Shown here in pieces: positions 26,211 through 35,198 of a stretch of 64,000 bases of DNA. Each line of letters starts with the position of its first letter. Position 1 is the stretch's first letter. Origin of the DNA: Candidatus Poribacteria bacterium (GTDB taxonomy: Bacteria > Poribacteria > WGA-4E > WGA-3G); contig CBDANF010000002.1 of assembly GCA_965197475.1 (NCBI GenBank), positions 32,001 to 96,000 on the forward strand. The letters run 5' to 3'. The notes beneath the pieces are model-generated. The model was not told the origin of the DNA and did not search any database. It was given only the letters and a program-made list of their open reading frames with translations. The position numbers and the translations under genes were made by a program.

Positions 26211-26728
26211 TTCGCATCGGTACTAGACATTAAAAGAGCATAGATTGCAGCTTTCTGCTTTTCCTCTTTATCTCTTTTCCTTTCTTCTTTAGTATCTCCC
26301 TCTCCCTCTATATCTCCAATGCCTCCATCATCCCACCAGTCAAAATCAGACCTTTCTGCTTTCCTAATTATAGATCCTTCCCATGTGCCGATTTTTAAGT
26401 CAGGAGTCTGATTGATGACCCACGCATCAACTATGTAGTCACCTCCACAGGTTTCCTCTTCTCCTAATGGAGATGAACCGTTACAAGTGGATTTCGCATA
26501 AAAATCTATACCGTTCCACTCAATATCACTTTTTGTATAGGCGGTAGTATACAGTGATGGTAAACCTGTTGTGTCTGAATCGTTACCCTGCAGGTTTATG
26601 TATTTTGGCTTTATGGTTCGCTTATGCACATCCCGGTTATAATATCTGCCATTATCCGGGCCCCGCAGCGCATAAAGGGAAGTGCAGACAAAAAGTGTTA
26701 AAAGAAAATAGGATAATATACGTTTCAT
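26099..26728 (-). CDS. Secreted hypothetical protein, probably truncated at the duplication junction (about 26211)
   Basis: AGGAGG RBS; signal peptide MKRILSYFLLTLFVCTSLYA; the last ~36 residues read out of frame through the duplicated regulator tail. Confidence 0.65.
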   Translation of the reverse strand: MKRILSYFLLTLFVCTSLYALRGPDNGRYYNRDVHKRTIKPKYINLQGNDSDTTGLPSLYTTAYTKSDIEWNGIDFYAKSTCNGSSPLGEEETCGGDYIVDAWVINQTPDLKIGTWEGSIIRKAERSDFDWWDDGGIGDIEGEGDTKEERKRDKEEKQKAAIYALLMSSTDANYTARNVCPVPFSLARERAPIGKLPTSYLCFVRKRIH

Positions 26729-26741
26729 CGTTTTACCTCCT

Positions 26742-27524
26742 TTATTGTAAATCTAAAAATTTGTAAGGGTCAATACCCTCATCAAAACTGAGAATCTCTA
26801 AGTGAGATGGGATTTCTGAAGAATTACCTTTAAAAAGTTCCGCTTCAAATTTGTTAAACATCGTTTTGATATCGTTTTCATTGGTCACTGTTTTTTTCGG
26901 GAAATCGTCAGGATGTCCTAGTCTGCGAGCTACGTATCTTTCCACCGTGCCATCTGTCCTAATAAACTCACCCCATTTTACATATACCTTGCCTTGAATA
27001 ATGGGATATACCAACCCATCTTCGTCCATGGTAGCACCGTCGGTAAAAATTCCCTGCTTCCACAACTTTACTTGAACACGCGCTATTAATTCATGGTCTG
27101 CAGATGTATTGTTGAATGGATATTTGCCTGGCCAGTCCTCAGGAATCTCTGGATAGGGACCGAACCCGTAGGGGGAAACACGCACTTTGCGAGTCTTTGT
27201 TTTAGACGAGGGAGCATCACTGGTTTTCATCTTTTTAGACGTAAAGTCAGATATTCCAACGGTATCTTCGTTGACGAATGCCGTTTCTACATTTTCATTC
27301 CACTCGTCCTGCCCGCTTTCGCCTGTAGGGGTAGTTCGTATCCCTGTAACCTCTGAATCGCTTTTTTCATCTTCCAGTTGAACAATGAATGCCTCATGTG
27401 CTTCTGTCTCCTTTTGGATCTTTGCCATTTCATTTTGATACCAGAGCAAACATCCGATGGAACAGATAACACACAAGATGAAAGCCCCGAGGAACCACTT
27501 GTTAACTAAAACATCCCAGTACAT
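26742..27524 (-). CDS. Membrane-anchored hypothetical protein, cassette copy B
   Basis: Paralogue of 24686-25504; start MYWDVLVNKW at 27524 by alignment. Confidence 0.8.
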   Translation of the reverse strand: MYWDVLVNKWFLGAFILCVICSIGCLLWYQNEMAKIQKETEAHEAFIVQLEDEKSDSEVTGIRTTPTGESGQDEWNENVETAFVNEDTVGISDFTSKKMKTSDAPSSKTKTRKVRVSPYGFGPYPEIPEDWPGKYPFNNTSADHELIARVQVKLWKQGIFTDGATMDEDGLVYPIIQGKVYVKWGEFIRTDGTVERYVARRLGHPDDFPKKTVTNENDIKTMFNKFEAELFKGNSSEIPSHLEILSFDEGIDPYKFLDLQ

Positions 27525-27842
27525 TTTCGTTTCCTTTATCAAATTTGCTAACAAAATTTATCTTCTATCGTCGCGCATAGTCTGCGGATTGAATAATAGA
27601 AGGAACACGCATCAAAATCAATCTTAAATGCTTTACGGCATTCAGCGAGAACGATCCGATGCAACAACAAAAGCTCGCGACAATATGCCTCGTTTGAGAC
27701 GAAGTACGTGCGGGCGCGAAAATATCGCAGCATATAATTCCTACGATAAGACCCTATAACCTAAATTTCAGCAAATGCTAAATTTCAGCAAATGTCAAAT
27801 TTATTTTACGAAATTTATCGGTTTTTACGTCATTTTTGCCAA

Positions 27843-27871
27843 ATTATACACGCGAATTTTGTTTTTGTCAA
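27843..27871 (-). promoter_or_regulatory. Consensus sigma70 promoter upstream of cassette B
   Basis: Minus strand TTGACA-17-TATAAT. Confidence 0.7.
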
Positions 27872-27888
27872 ATTAAATTCCGAAAATC

Positions 27889-29349
27889 TCACCATTCACC
27901 TTCCTTGAAGTCTTGACTTTGTAATCCGTAACTCTGCATTCGGTGCTGCAGCTGACGGCGAGAAATACCCAACAATTCTGCCGCTTTGGTTTGATTACCG
28001 TTCGTTTTTGTCAAAGCTGCATACACATATTCCTTGATAATATCATCCAAGGCAATGCCACCTTCAGGGATGTCAATCTCAAAATCCGTGGGTGGCAGTG
28101 AGGTGTCCAAAATTTCGGGAGGCAATTGATCTAAGTCAATGGATGCGTTTTCGGACAAAACATAGATACGATGGAGATAGTTTTCCAATTGGCGCACGTT
28201 CCCGGGCCAATGAAAACGGCACAGGGCAGACATTGCGCGTGGTGTAACCTGTTTCGGTTCCGCATCTACGTATTCATCGCTAAACTTTTGAATTAAGAAT
28301 TTCACAAGTGGCTCAATATCCTCAACGCGTTCACGAAGGGGTGGAAGATGGATGGGGATGACGTTCAAACGAAAGTAGAGGTCGGAACGAAAAGTTCCCT
28401 CTTTCACAGCTTGCACCAGATTCTTATTCGTTGCTGCAATAACACACACATCCACTTTAATGTTTTGGGTGCCGCCGATCCTCCGTATCTCATGTTTTTC
28501 CAACACATGGAGCAGTGTGCTTTGCATTTGGACAGATATATCTCCGATTTCATCAAGTAAAAGGGTGCCAGTATCGGCAATTTCAAAGATACCTTTTTTC
28601 TGCTGAACCGCGTCCGTGAATGCCCCTTTTTCATATCCAAACAGTTCGCTTTCAATTAAGGTTTCTGCAATTGCGCCACAATTTATTGACACGAATGGAC
28701 AATCTTTGCGGTTTCCATATTCGTGGAGTGCGCGTGCAACAAGGCTTTTGCCGCTACCCGTTTCACCTGTGATGAGAACTTGCCTAACCCCTCGGTGAAT
28801 GACTCTGGACATATTCTTAAAAAGTTGCTGCATTTTCTCGCTTTCCCCAACGATATAATCAACCTGAACCTCTGAGGAAGTATCGTCTGAATCTGGTTCG
28901 CCTTCAGTTAAGACACCGCGAGTTTGCAATGCGCGATTGACCTCGCGCTTAAGCACATCAATCTGAATTGGTTTTTCAAGATAATAAAATGCCCCCTCAT
29001 GCGCAACAAGATTTACAGCATCATTGAGTTCAGCGAATGCCGTAATGATCAACACTGGCAATCCAGGATCAATCTTTTTTATTTCTCGGAGTAGGTCACG
29101 CCCATCAAACCGCGAAGACATCCACATATCGCTGATGACGATATCAAACATCTGTTCCTTAATTTTTTCAAGTGCCGCTGTGCTATTTTCAACCGTTTTG
29201 ACATCGTATCCTTCGCGTTGTAAGATACGTTGCAAAATGGTGAGTTGTGCTTGGTCGTCGTCTACAATCAATATTGATGGCATTTCTAAATCTCCACTGC
29301 TTACGTTGTAATCTAACGCTTTCTTGGTATCATGCTTATACCTCAGCAT
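27889..29349 (-). CDS. Sigma54-dependent NtrC/AtoC-family response regulator
   Basis: Receiver ILIVDDD (likely start MPSIL at 29283); GETGSGKS, ESELFG, GAFTDA, LLDEIG, FRSDLYFRL, WPGNVRQL; Fis HTH. Confidence 0.95.
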   Translation of the reverse strand: MLRYKHDTKKALDYNVSSGDLEMPSILIVDDDQAQLTILQRILQREGYDVKTVENSTAALEKIKEQMFDIVISDMWMSSRFDGRDLLREIKKIDPGLPVLIITAFAELNDAVNLVAHEGAFYYLEKPIQIDVLKREVNRALQTRGVLTEGEPDSDDTSSEVQVDYIVGESEKMQQLFKNMSRVIHRGVRQVLITGETGSGKSLVARALHEYGNRKDCPFVSINCGAIAETLIESELFGYEKGAFTDAVQQKKGIFEIADTGTLLLDEIGDISVQMQSTLLHVLEKHEIRRIGGTQNIKVDVCVIAATNKNLVQAVKEGTFRSDLYFRLNVIPIHLPPLRERVEDIEPLVKFLIQKFSDEYVDAEPKQVTPRAMSALCRFHWPGNVRQLENYLHRIYVLSENASIDLDQLPPEILDTSLPPTDFEIDIPEGGIALDDIIKEYVYAALTKTNGNQTKAAELLGISRRQLQHRMQSYGLQSQDFKEGEW

Positions 29350-29360
29350 TCTGAATGTTT

Positions 29361-31202
29361 TTAAATCTCATCTGATTTCGGATTGCGAAACTCTTGTGCT
29401 TTTTTAACAGGAAAAGTGATTTTAAAAGCCGTTCCCATGCCAGCTTTGCTTCTCACTTCAACCTTGCCTTTATGTGCAGTGATAATCTGGTGTGAAATCG
29501 CAAGTCCAAGGCCAACACCTCCGTCAGATTCTTTGGTTGTGAAATAGGCATCGTAAATCAGTTCCTGATTTTCTTCTGGAATCCCAACACCGGTATCGCG
29601 TATCTCAAGCACGACGAAGAATACGTCACCGATATCTTCTAATGTTGTTGTAAGGTAAATGCTTCCGCCTTTGGTCATTGCCTGTATGCTATTTTGCACA
29701 AAGTTGAAAATTGTTTGACGCATTAATACTGCATCTAACTGCATATCCGGGAGTTCAGGATCGTAATTCCTAATAATTTGGACTCTTGCTTCTTCCGTAA
29801 CTAACACGAATTCAGAAATAACAGAATCCAAGAGAACGTTGAGATTTATCGGTGCTAAGTCCAGTTTTCGCGGACGATTGAGTGTTAAAAATTGCTCTGA
29901 TGTCTGTTTTAAATCTTGAATTTTCTCATCAACGATGTCTAAAAATTCTTTCGCTTCTTCAATATCTTCGGGACTGATTTCAGGTTGTGAGAAGATCGTC
30001 TTTAGATGTTGCGCGGTCATTCCGATTGAATTCAGAGGGTTACGAATTTCGTGTGCAACCCCAGCGGCGAACTGTCCAAGTGCGGCGATCTTTCTTGAAT
30101 GTGATGTTTTCAACTGAATAAACATCCGAACTAAATTACGGGTCGCCTTGCTGATTTCATCTGAGGCATATCTCTGCTGTAAGAAAGATGAAAAATTACC
30201 AGTTTCAGCTTTTTGAATGATCGCTGTCATTCGTGCAAGAGGTTTCATAATTAAGTGGTTCGTCATCAAATCAATCAGAACAACGAGCAACACGCCAACA
30301 ATCACAATAAAAATCGCATGCATTAACAATGATGAACGGATAGATTTCTCAATATATGGCACATCAAAAAGTACTCGGATATAACCATTGGCGTGTGCCG
30401 TGTGAATCCAAAAGGAGTCTTCCTCCTGCCATAAATCATAAACATATCCATTTCCTGTGTCTGTGTCTGTGATTTGCCATCGGTTCTTTTCTTCATCTAC
30501 TGCCACTGTTGCATCCGGTGACAGGTAGATTTTGTTTGATATGAACATCCGCCATAGCTCAAAAGGAAATTTACCTTGGTTAAGTGCTGTTTGATAATTG
30601 AACCCAGGTCGTACTTCAACATCTGTAATTGTTGTGCCTGGTGATAAATCAATTTTACTTGATATAAGTGCTTGCCAGACTTCAAGAGGAATTTCTTCAA
30701 CGTTTGAGGATGTTTGAGATCCCAGATCGGAGGGTTCCAATTTTTTTGGTGGAATAGTATATTTTATAATGAGGGTTGTTGCGTTTTGTCCCTCCATCGT
30801 ATCAATTATTGCACCGTCTTTTTCAATCTGATGAAGGTCATCCTGTCCTAAGATAAAATTCGCTTTCTCTTCGTGCGAAAATAAACTTGAACGGACGCGG
30901 GTATCACCTAAGGTAACCTGCACATTTAGAACATCCCGCATATCGGAGTGTTGTTTCAAGTTCAAAAGTGTCTGATCAATTCTTTCGGCATTAAATGCTT
31001 GCGAGGTGGTGAGTTCCGTAACAACTGCGTCAAGGATGGTATCCTCAGCGATTCTTTTCAGTGTAGCACCTTGCTTTGCACCTAAGGCGTGAAGCGCACT
31101 CATCTCTCTCCGCATTCGAATACTATCAAAAAAGTAGAAGGCGACGAGCACGGCAATGACGGTTAAGTTTATTATTAACGAGTATTTCCATTGCAGACGC
31201 AT
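29361..31202 (-). CDS. Membrane sensor histidine kinase (2 TM, HAMP, HisKA, HATPase)
   Basis: AGVAHEIRNPL H-box; N-box; DTGVGI; FTTK; GVGLGL. Confidence 0.95.
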   Translation of the reverse strand: MRLQWKYSLIINLTVIAVLVAFYFFDSIRMRREMSALHALGAKQGATLKRIAEDTILDAVVTELTTSQAFNAERIDQTLLNLKQHSDMRDVLNVQVTLGDTRVRSSLFSHEEKANFILGQDDLHQIEKDGAIIDTMEGQNATTLIIKYTIPPKKLEPSDLGSQTSSNVEEIPLEVWQALISSKIDLSPGTTITDVEVRPGFNYQTALNQGKFPFELWRMFISNKIYLSPDATVAVDEEKNRWQITDTDTGNGYVYDLWQEEDSFWIHTAHANGYIRVLFDVPYIEKSIRSSLLMHAIFIVIVGVLLVVLIDLMTNHLIMKPLARMTAIIQKAETGNFSSFLQQRYASDEISKATRNLVRMFIQLKTSHSRKIAALGQFAAGVAHEIRNPLNSIGMTAQHLKTIFSQPEISPEDIEEAKEFLDIVDEKIQDLKQTSEQFLTLNRPRKLDLAPINLNVLLDSVISEFVLVTEEARVQIIRNYDPELPDMQLDAVLMRQTIFNFVQNSIQAMTKGGSIYLTTTLEDIGDVFFVVLEIRDTGVGIPEENQELIYDAYFTTKESDGGVGLGLAISHQIITAHKGKVEVRSKAGMGTAFKITFPVKKAQEFRNPKSDEI

Positions 31203-31204
31203 TG

Positions 31205-32704
31205 TTACTCACCGTTTGCATTACAACTTAACCTTTGAATTACATCCCGCCAGGAACCAAGTTTTTCATCTCGTTGCGGACCATCTATTTGAGAGCAAAA
31301 GACGTTGTCAATTTTTCGGTGGTTCTCAAGTTCATCAATATCCTGCCACACACCTGTCGTAATACCTGCGAGGTACGCAGCACCGAGAGCCGTTGTTTCA
31401 ATCCGTTCTGGACGTTCTACATCTATACCTAAAATGTCTGCCTGAAACTGCATCAAAAAGTTATTAGCGACCGCACCCCCATCCACGCGCAACCGTTCAA
31501 GCGGGGTGTCAGCATCTGCGACCATGGCAGTGACCACATCTGCTGCTTGATAGGCGATCGATTCCAATGTCGCTCGGACAATATGTTCGCGGGTTGTGCC
31601 TCGTGTTAAGCCGAAGATTGCACCTCTGGCATCAGCATTCCAATAAGGTGCACCAAGACCTGTAAATGCTGGCACAACGATAACCCCTCCCGAGTCATTT
31701 ACACGGTTGGCAATAACCTCCGTTTCTGTAACAGATTCAATTATTTGTAGACCATCCCTGAGCCATTGCACCGCTGCGCCAGCAATAAACACACTCCCTT
31801 CCAACACATACATAGGTTTTTCATCAAGACTACAAGCAAGTGTCGTTAACAAACCTGCTTTTGACTCCACCCTTTTCGTCCCAGTATTTAGCATGAGGAA
31901 ACAACCTGTGCCATAAGTTGCCTTCACCATCCCCGGTTCCCAACAAAGTTGACCGAAAAGCGCAGATTGCTGGTCGCCAGCAATGCCCGCAATTGGTATT
32001 CCTTCCAGGAGCAAAATTTTCGCTTTTCCAAAATGACTGGCAGATGGACAAACTTCAGGCAAAATAGTTTTCGGGACATTAAAAATTTCCAAAAGTGTCT
32101 CATCCCAGCAAAGGGTATTGATGTTAAAGAGCAGTGTTCGCGACGCGTTCGTGTAATCGGTTTTATGAACCGTGCCGTTTGTCAACTTCCACAGGAGCCA
32201 TGTATCAATAGTTCCAAAAGCAAGTTCACCGCGTTCTGCCCTTGCTCGTGCTCCGCTCACTTCGTCCAGAATCCAAGCCACCTTTGTCCCTGAGAAATAA
32301 GGGTCAATCACAAGACCAGTTTTTGCTTTTACATGTGCTGCAATACTTGCTTGTGCCTTGAGTTCGGCGCAAACATCGGCTGTGCGGCGGCATTGCCATA
32401 CAATCGCTGGATAGATTGGCTTTCCAGTCTTTTTATCCCACACAATCGTAGTTTCACGTTGATTGGCAATACCGATTGCCGAGATACTGCTTTTAATTCC
32501 ATGCTGATGTAACACATCCGCAATAGCCTCTTGCGTAACATCCCAAATCTCATCAGGGTCATGTTCCACCCATCCCGGTTTCGGATAATGTTGAGCGAAT
32601 TCCCGATACGCTTGAGATACGATGTTGCCACGCGTATCTACAAGTAGTACTATCGAACCAGTTGTCCCTTGGTCAATTGAGAGAATGTAAGCAGAACTTG
32701 GCAT
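31205..32704 (-). CDS. glpK: Glycerol kinase
   Basis: IDQGTT, YPKPGWVEHDP, NQRETT, DPYFSGTK, TDYTNASRT, GDQQSALFGQ, VPAFTGLGAPYW. Confidence 0.96.
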   Translation of the reverse strand: MPSSAYILSIDQGTTGSIVLLVDTRGNIVSQAYREFAQHYPKPGWVEHDPDEIWDVTQEAIADVLHQHGIKSSISAIGIANQRETTIVWDKKTGKPIYPAIVWQCRRTADVCAELKAQASIAAHVKAKTGLVIDPYFSGTKVAWILDEVSGARARAERGELAFGTIDTWLLWKLTNGTVHKTDYTNASRTLLFNINTLCWDETLLEIFNVPKTILPEVCPSASHFGKAKILLLEGIPIAGIAGDQQSALFGQLCWEPGMVKATYGTGCFLMLNTGTKRVESKAGLLTTLACSLDEKPMYVLEGSVFIAGAAVQWLRDGLQIIESVTETEVIANRVNDSGGVIVVPAFTGLGAPYWNADARGAIFGLTRGTTREHIVRATLESIAYQAADVVTAMVADADTPLERLRVDGGAVANNFLMQFQADILGIDVERPERIETTALGAAYLAGITTGVWQDIDELENHRKIDNVFCSQIDGPQRDEKLGSWRDVIQRLSCNANGE

Positions 32705-32881
32705 TTTTGTACCAATACAACTCTAATTTCCCTTATTTTAGCCTATACGTAGAAGTTAATCAAGCGAAATCTAAATCGAACGAACATTACTCCAGAACAT
32801 AGTGTGTGCTACTGAATCCGACTCATCCTCAATCATTCCGACCCTATCAAACGAGTAAAAGCGAATACGTTTTAAAATAAG

Positions 32882-32910
32882 TTGCAAATTCAATACAAAA
32901 ATGCTATAAT
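32882..32910 (+). promoter_or_regulatory. Candidate sigma70 promoter upstream of the SpoIVB-like gene
   Basis: TTGCAA-17-TATAAT with extended TG. Confidence 0.5.
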
Positions 32911-33249
32911 TGCCCATAGTAAAATGAAAAAGAAATACGTTTCTTATTACACCATCAAACTGTCTCTGTCAACTATAGACAACTGAAGAATTGTTGGATA
33001 TTTTATTAGAAAGTTCAGGTTTGACATCATATATTGGAATATTCATCAGAATAAATATATTTTTCGGTTGACACGATTCAGGTTTGCATGGTATTTTAAA
33101 TCAATTAGCAAATTAAACTGATTTTTGTAATTCTAAAGTATTTTGTTGTGTGACAAAAAATTACGCATCTCAACTTTTGAGAGTATCGCTCGGTTTTCTG
33201 CTCGTCATACACGATAACCAATTTTCAAAAATCAGAGAGGAGTAACATA

Positions 33250-35139
33250 GTGAAAAAAGTTTTGCTTTGTGCGCTTGTGGTATTCTGCTTGGCTGCACTC
33301 CACGCGAATGCACAGATTAAATGGGACGTTGAAAAGTTTATACCGTTGTCTGAGGTGAAAGTGGGCATGACAGGAAAGGGTTACACAGTATTTTCTGGAA
33401 CAACGGTTGAAGAATTTGATTTAGTAGTAGTGAGTATTGAGTACAACTCGTCCCCGAATTGGCATGTTGTATGGGCAGAAGGTACCAGTGAAAACTTCAA
33501 ACGTACTGGTGTTGCAGGTGGTATGAGCGGCAGCCCAATATACATTGATGGCAGGCTTATGGGTGCCATCTCGCTTGGCTATTTCAATCAGCGCGAACGC
33601 TCAAATCTCTTTGGGATAACACCTATTGAATTAATGGTGAAGGTTGCAAAACGCGGCATGAAACCCAACCTATTATATGCGGGTGCTCAATTCTCTGACA
33701 TCGGATCGGAATATGTATCGGAAGGTCTTAATATGGTTCCTTCGCTTATTCCTGAAGGTAACAGAGTTCTACGCCAAAACCCTTTTGATAATGGCAGCCT
33801 GACGTCAAATAACAACCTGAATACCCAAGAATATTCATTACAGTTAGCAATACCTGTCGCGCTTCCAAGACTTGATGCAGCAACGATGCAGCTGCTTAAG
33901 CCGTTTTTTGAAAGAGGGAATATGGTACCTGTCCAAGCAGCCGGAGGGGGCGGTCCTGGAAAAAAATCCCCCGTAGAAGCGGGTCAAATAATAGGTACAG
34001 AGGCGATACGGGGGGATGTTTCAGCTTTTGGTTATGGAACTATCACCTACATTGACAAAAACAAAAAAGAATTACTCGCTTATGGCCATTCAGCTAGTGG
34101 TGAAGGTAATGTGAACCTACCACTTTCCGGTGGATATGTGCACTTCATTCTTCCCAGCCGCACGCGATCATCCAAAATAGCATCCCCAACACAACCGATT
34201 GGAACTTTGGTGCAAGATCGAGTCCCCGCAATTGCTGGACTAATTGAAAAACTTCCGAACAATCATCATTATATTCCGGTGACGGCAAAAGTCCAAACAA
34301 CCGATATGAAAGTGCATGATTTGTACTATGAAGCGGCTCGCGACAAGATTTTCACAGCAAGTTATGCGGCTTCTGGTATTTCAGGTTTAGTAAACGCTCT
34401 GGAATTCTCTGGGAATGATCACACAGTTAATGTCCAGGCAAAAATAACACTTGAAGATCAACCAGAATTAGACAATAGAGAAATTGTCTTAAAAAACGTA
34501 TTTTCTTCAAGCGGATCACCTGGATTTAACGTCTCACGAACGATTTTATTCCCTATGCTGGACTTGATAGTTAATCCCTATGCCAAAGTCAAAATAGAGT
34601 CTGTTGACTTTGATATTAAAATTGAGGATAAACGAAAAACCGCCTCAATTCTTACAGCTCGGCTTGATAAACTTGTCTACCGTCCTGGTGAAGAAGTTAA
34701 GGTAACGTTTACATTACGTCCTTATCTTGAGCAACCGAAAACGTTGACAGGGAAAATTACAATTCCGAAGGACACACCTGATGGGATCATTTTGCTTCGC
34801 GCGATGAGTTCAAGTTCATATCAAGGATGGCAGCGTACTCGTGCCCCATATAATTTTCGTCCGAAAAATATCAATCAGTTGATCAAGTTATTGCAAGACG
34901 GCGAACCGAATACAAATCTCATCTTAGAACTCTCTGTGCAACGACCCGGATTAACCGTTCAGGGTGAGGAATTCCCCGATCTTCCCATTTCGGTAATGTC
35001 TGTGATGAACACAGCTATGCGAATTGGAGAAAGTGGTTATACTTTTGGTACAGTTTTACACACTGATAAGGTTGAGACAAATTACCTTCTCACCAACAGT
35101 ACGTCAATGCCGATAGCCGTTAATAGAAATGCTCAATAA
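33250..35139 (+). CDS. Secreted SpoIVB/peptidase S55-domain protein
   Basis: Signal peptide; GM.GKGYTVF.G, GVAGGMSGSPIY.DG.L.GA, TPIE.M, GT.TY...AYGH. Confidence 0.85.
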   Translation: MKKVLLCALVVFCLAALHANAQIKWDVEKFIPLSEVKVGMTGKGYTVFSGTTVEEFDLVVVSIEYNSSPNWHVVWAEGTSENFKRTGVAGGMSGSPIYIDGRLMGAISLGYFNQRERSNLFGITPIELMVKVAKRGMKPNLLYAGAQFSDIGSEYVSEGLNMVPSLIPEGNRVLRQNPFDNGSLTSNNNLNTQEYSLQLAIPVALPRLDAATMQLLKPFFERGNMVPVQAAGGGGPGKKSPVEAGQIIGTEAIRGDVSAFGYGTITYIDKNKKELLAYGHSASGEGNVNLPLSGGYVHFILPSRTRSSKIASPTQPIGTLVQDRVPAIAGLIEKLPNNHHYIPVTAKVQTTDMKVHDLYYEAARDKIFTASYAASGISGLVNALEFSGNDHTVNVQAKITLEDQPELDNREIVLKNVFSSSGSPGFNVSRTILFPMLDLIVNPYAKVKIESVDFDIKIEDKRKTASILTARLDKLVYRPGEEVKVTFTLRPYLEQPKTLTGKITIPKDTPDGIILLRAMSSSSYQGWQRTRAPYNFRPKNINQLIKLLQDGEPNTNLILELSVQRPGLTVQGEEFPDLPISVMSVMNTAMRIGESGYTFGTVLHTDKVETNYLLTNSTSMPIAVNRNAQ

Positions 35140-35198
35140 TTCTAAACCAGGATTTTCTTATTTCATATTTTTGCGCAATTAACAGGAGGATATGTTTT

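Larger units (their letters stand above)
24686..28247. repeat. Direct segmental duplication, about 1.5-kb units (24686-26210 and 26726-28247)
   Basis: Regulator tail, promoter region and cassette gene 5' half are near-identical between units; the 3' half of the gene is mosaic. Confidence 0.9.

Noticed and set aside
25852-26217. 121-aa ORF as an independent Fis-family regulator
   Set aside because: It is the duplicated tail of the 27889-29349 gene with a fortuitous ATG from the junction and no RBS.
24686-27524. Diversity-generating retroelement as the cause of cassette variation
   Set aside because: No reverse transcriptase is in the window, and the differences include indels and are not adenine-specific.
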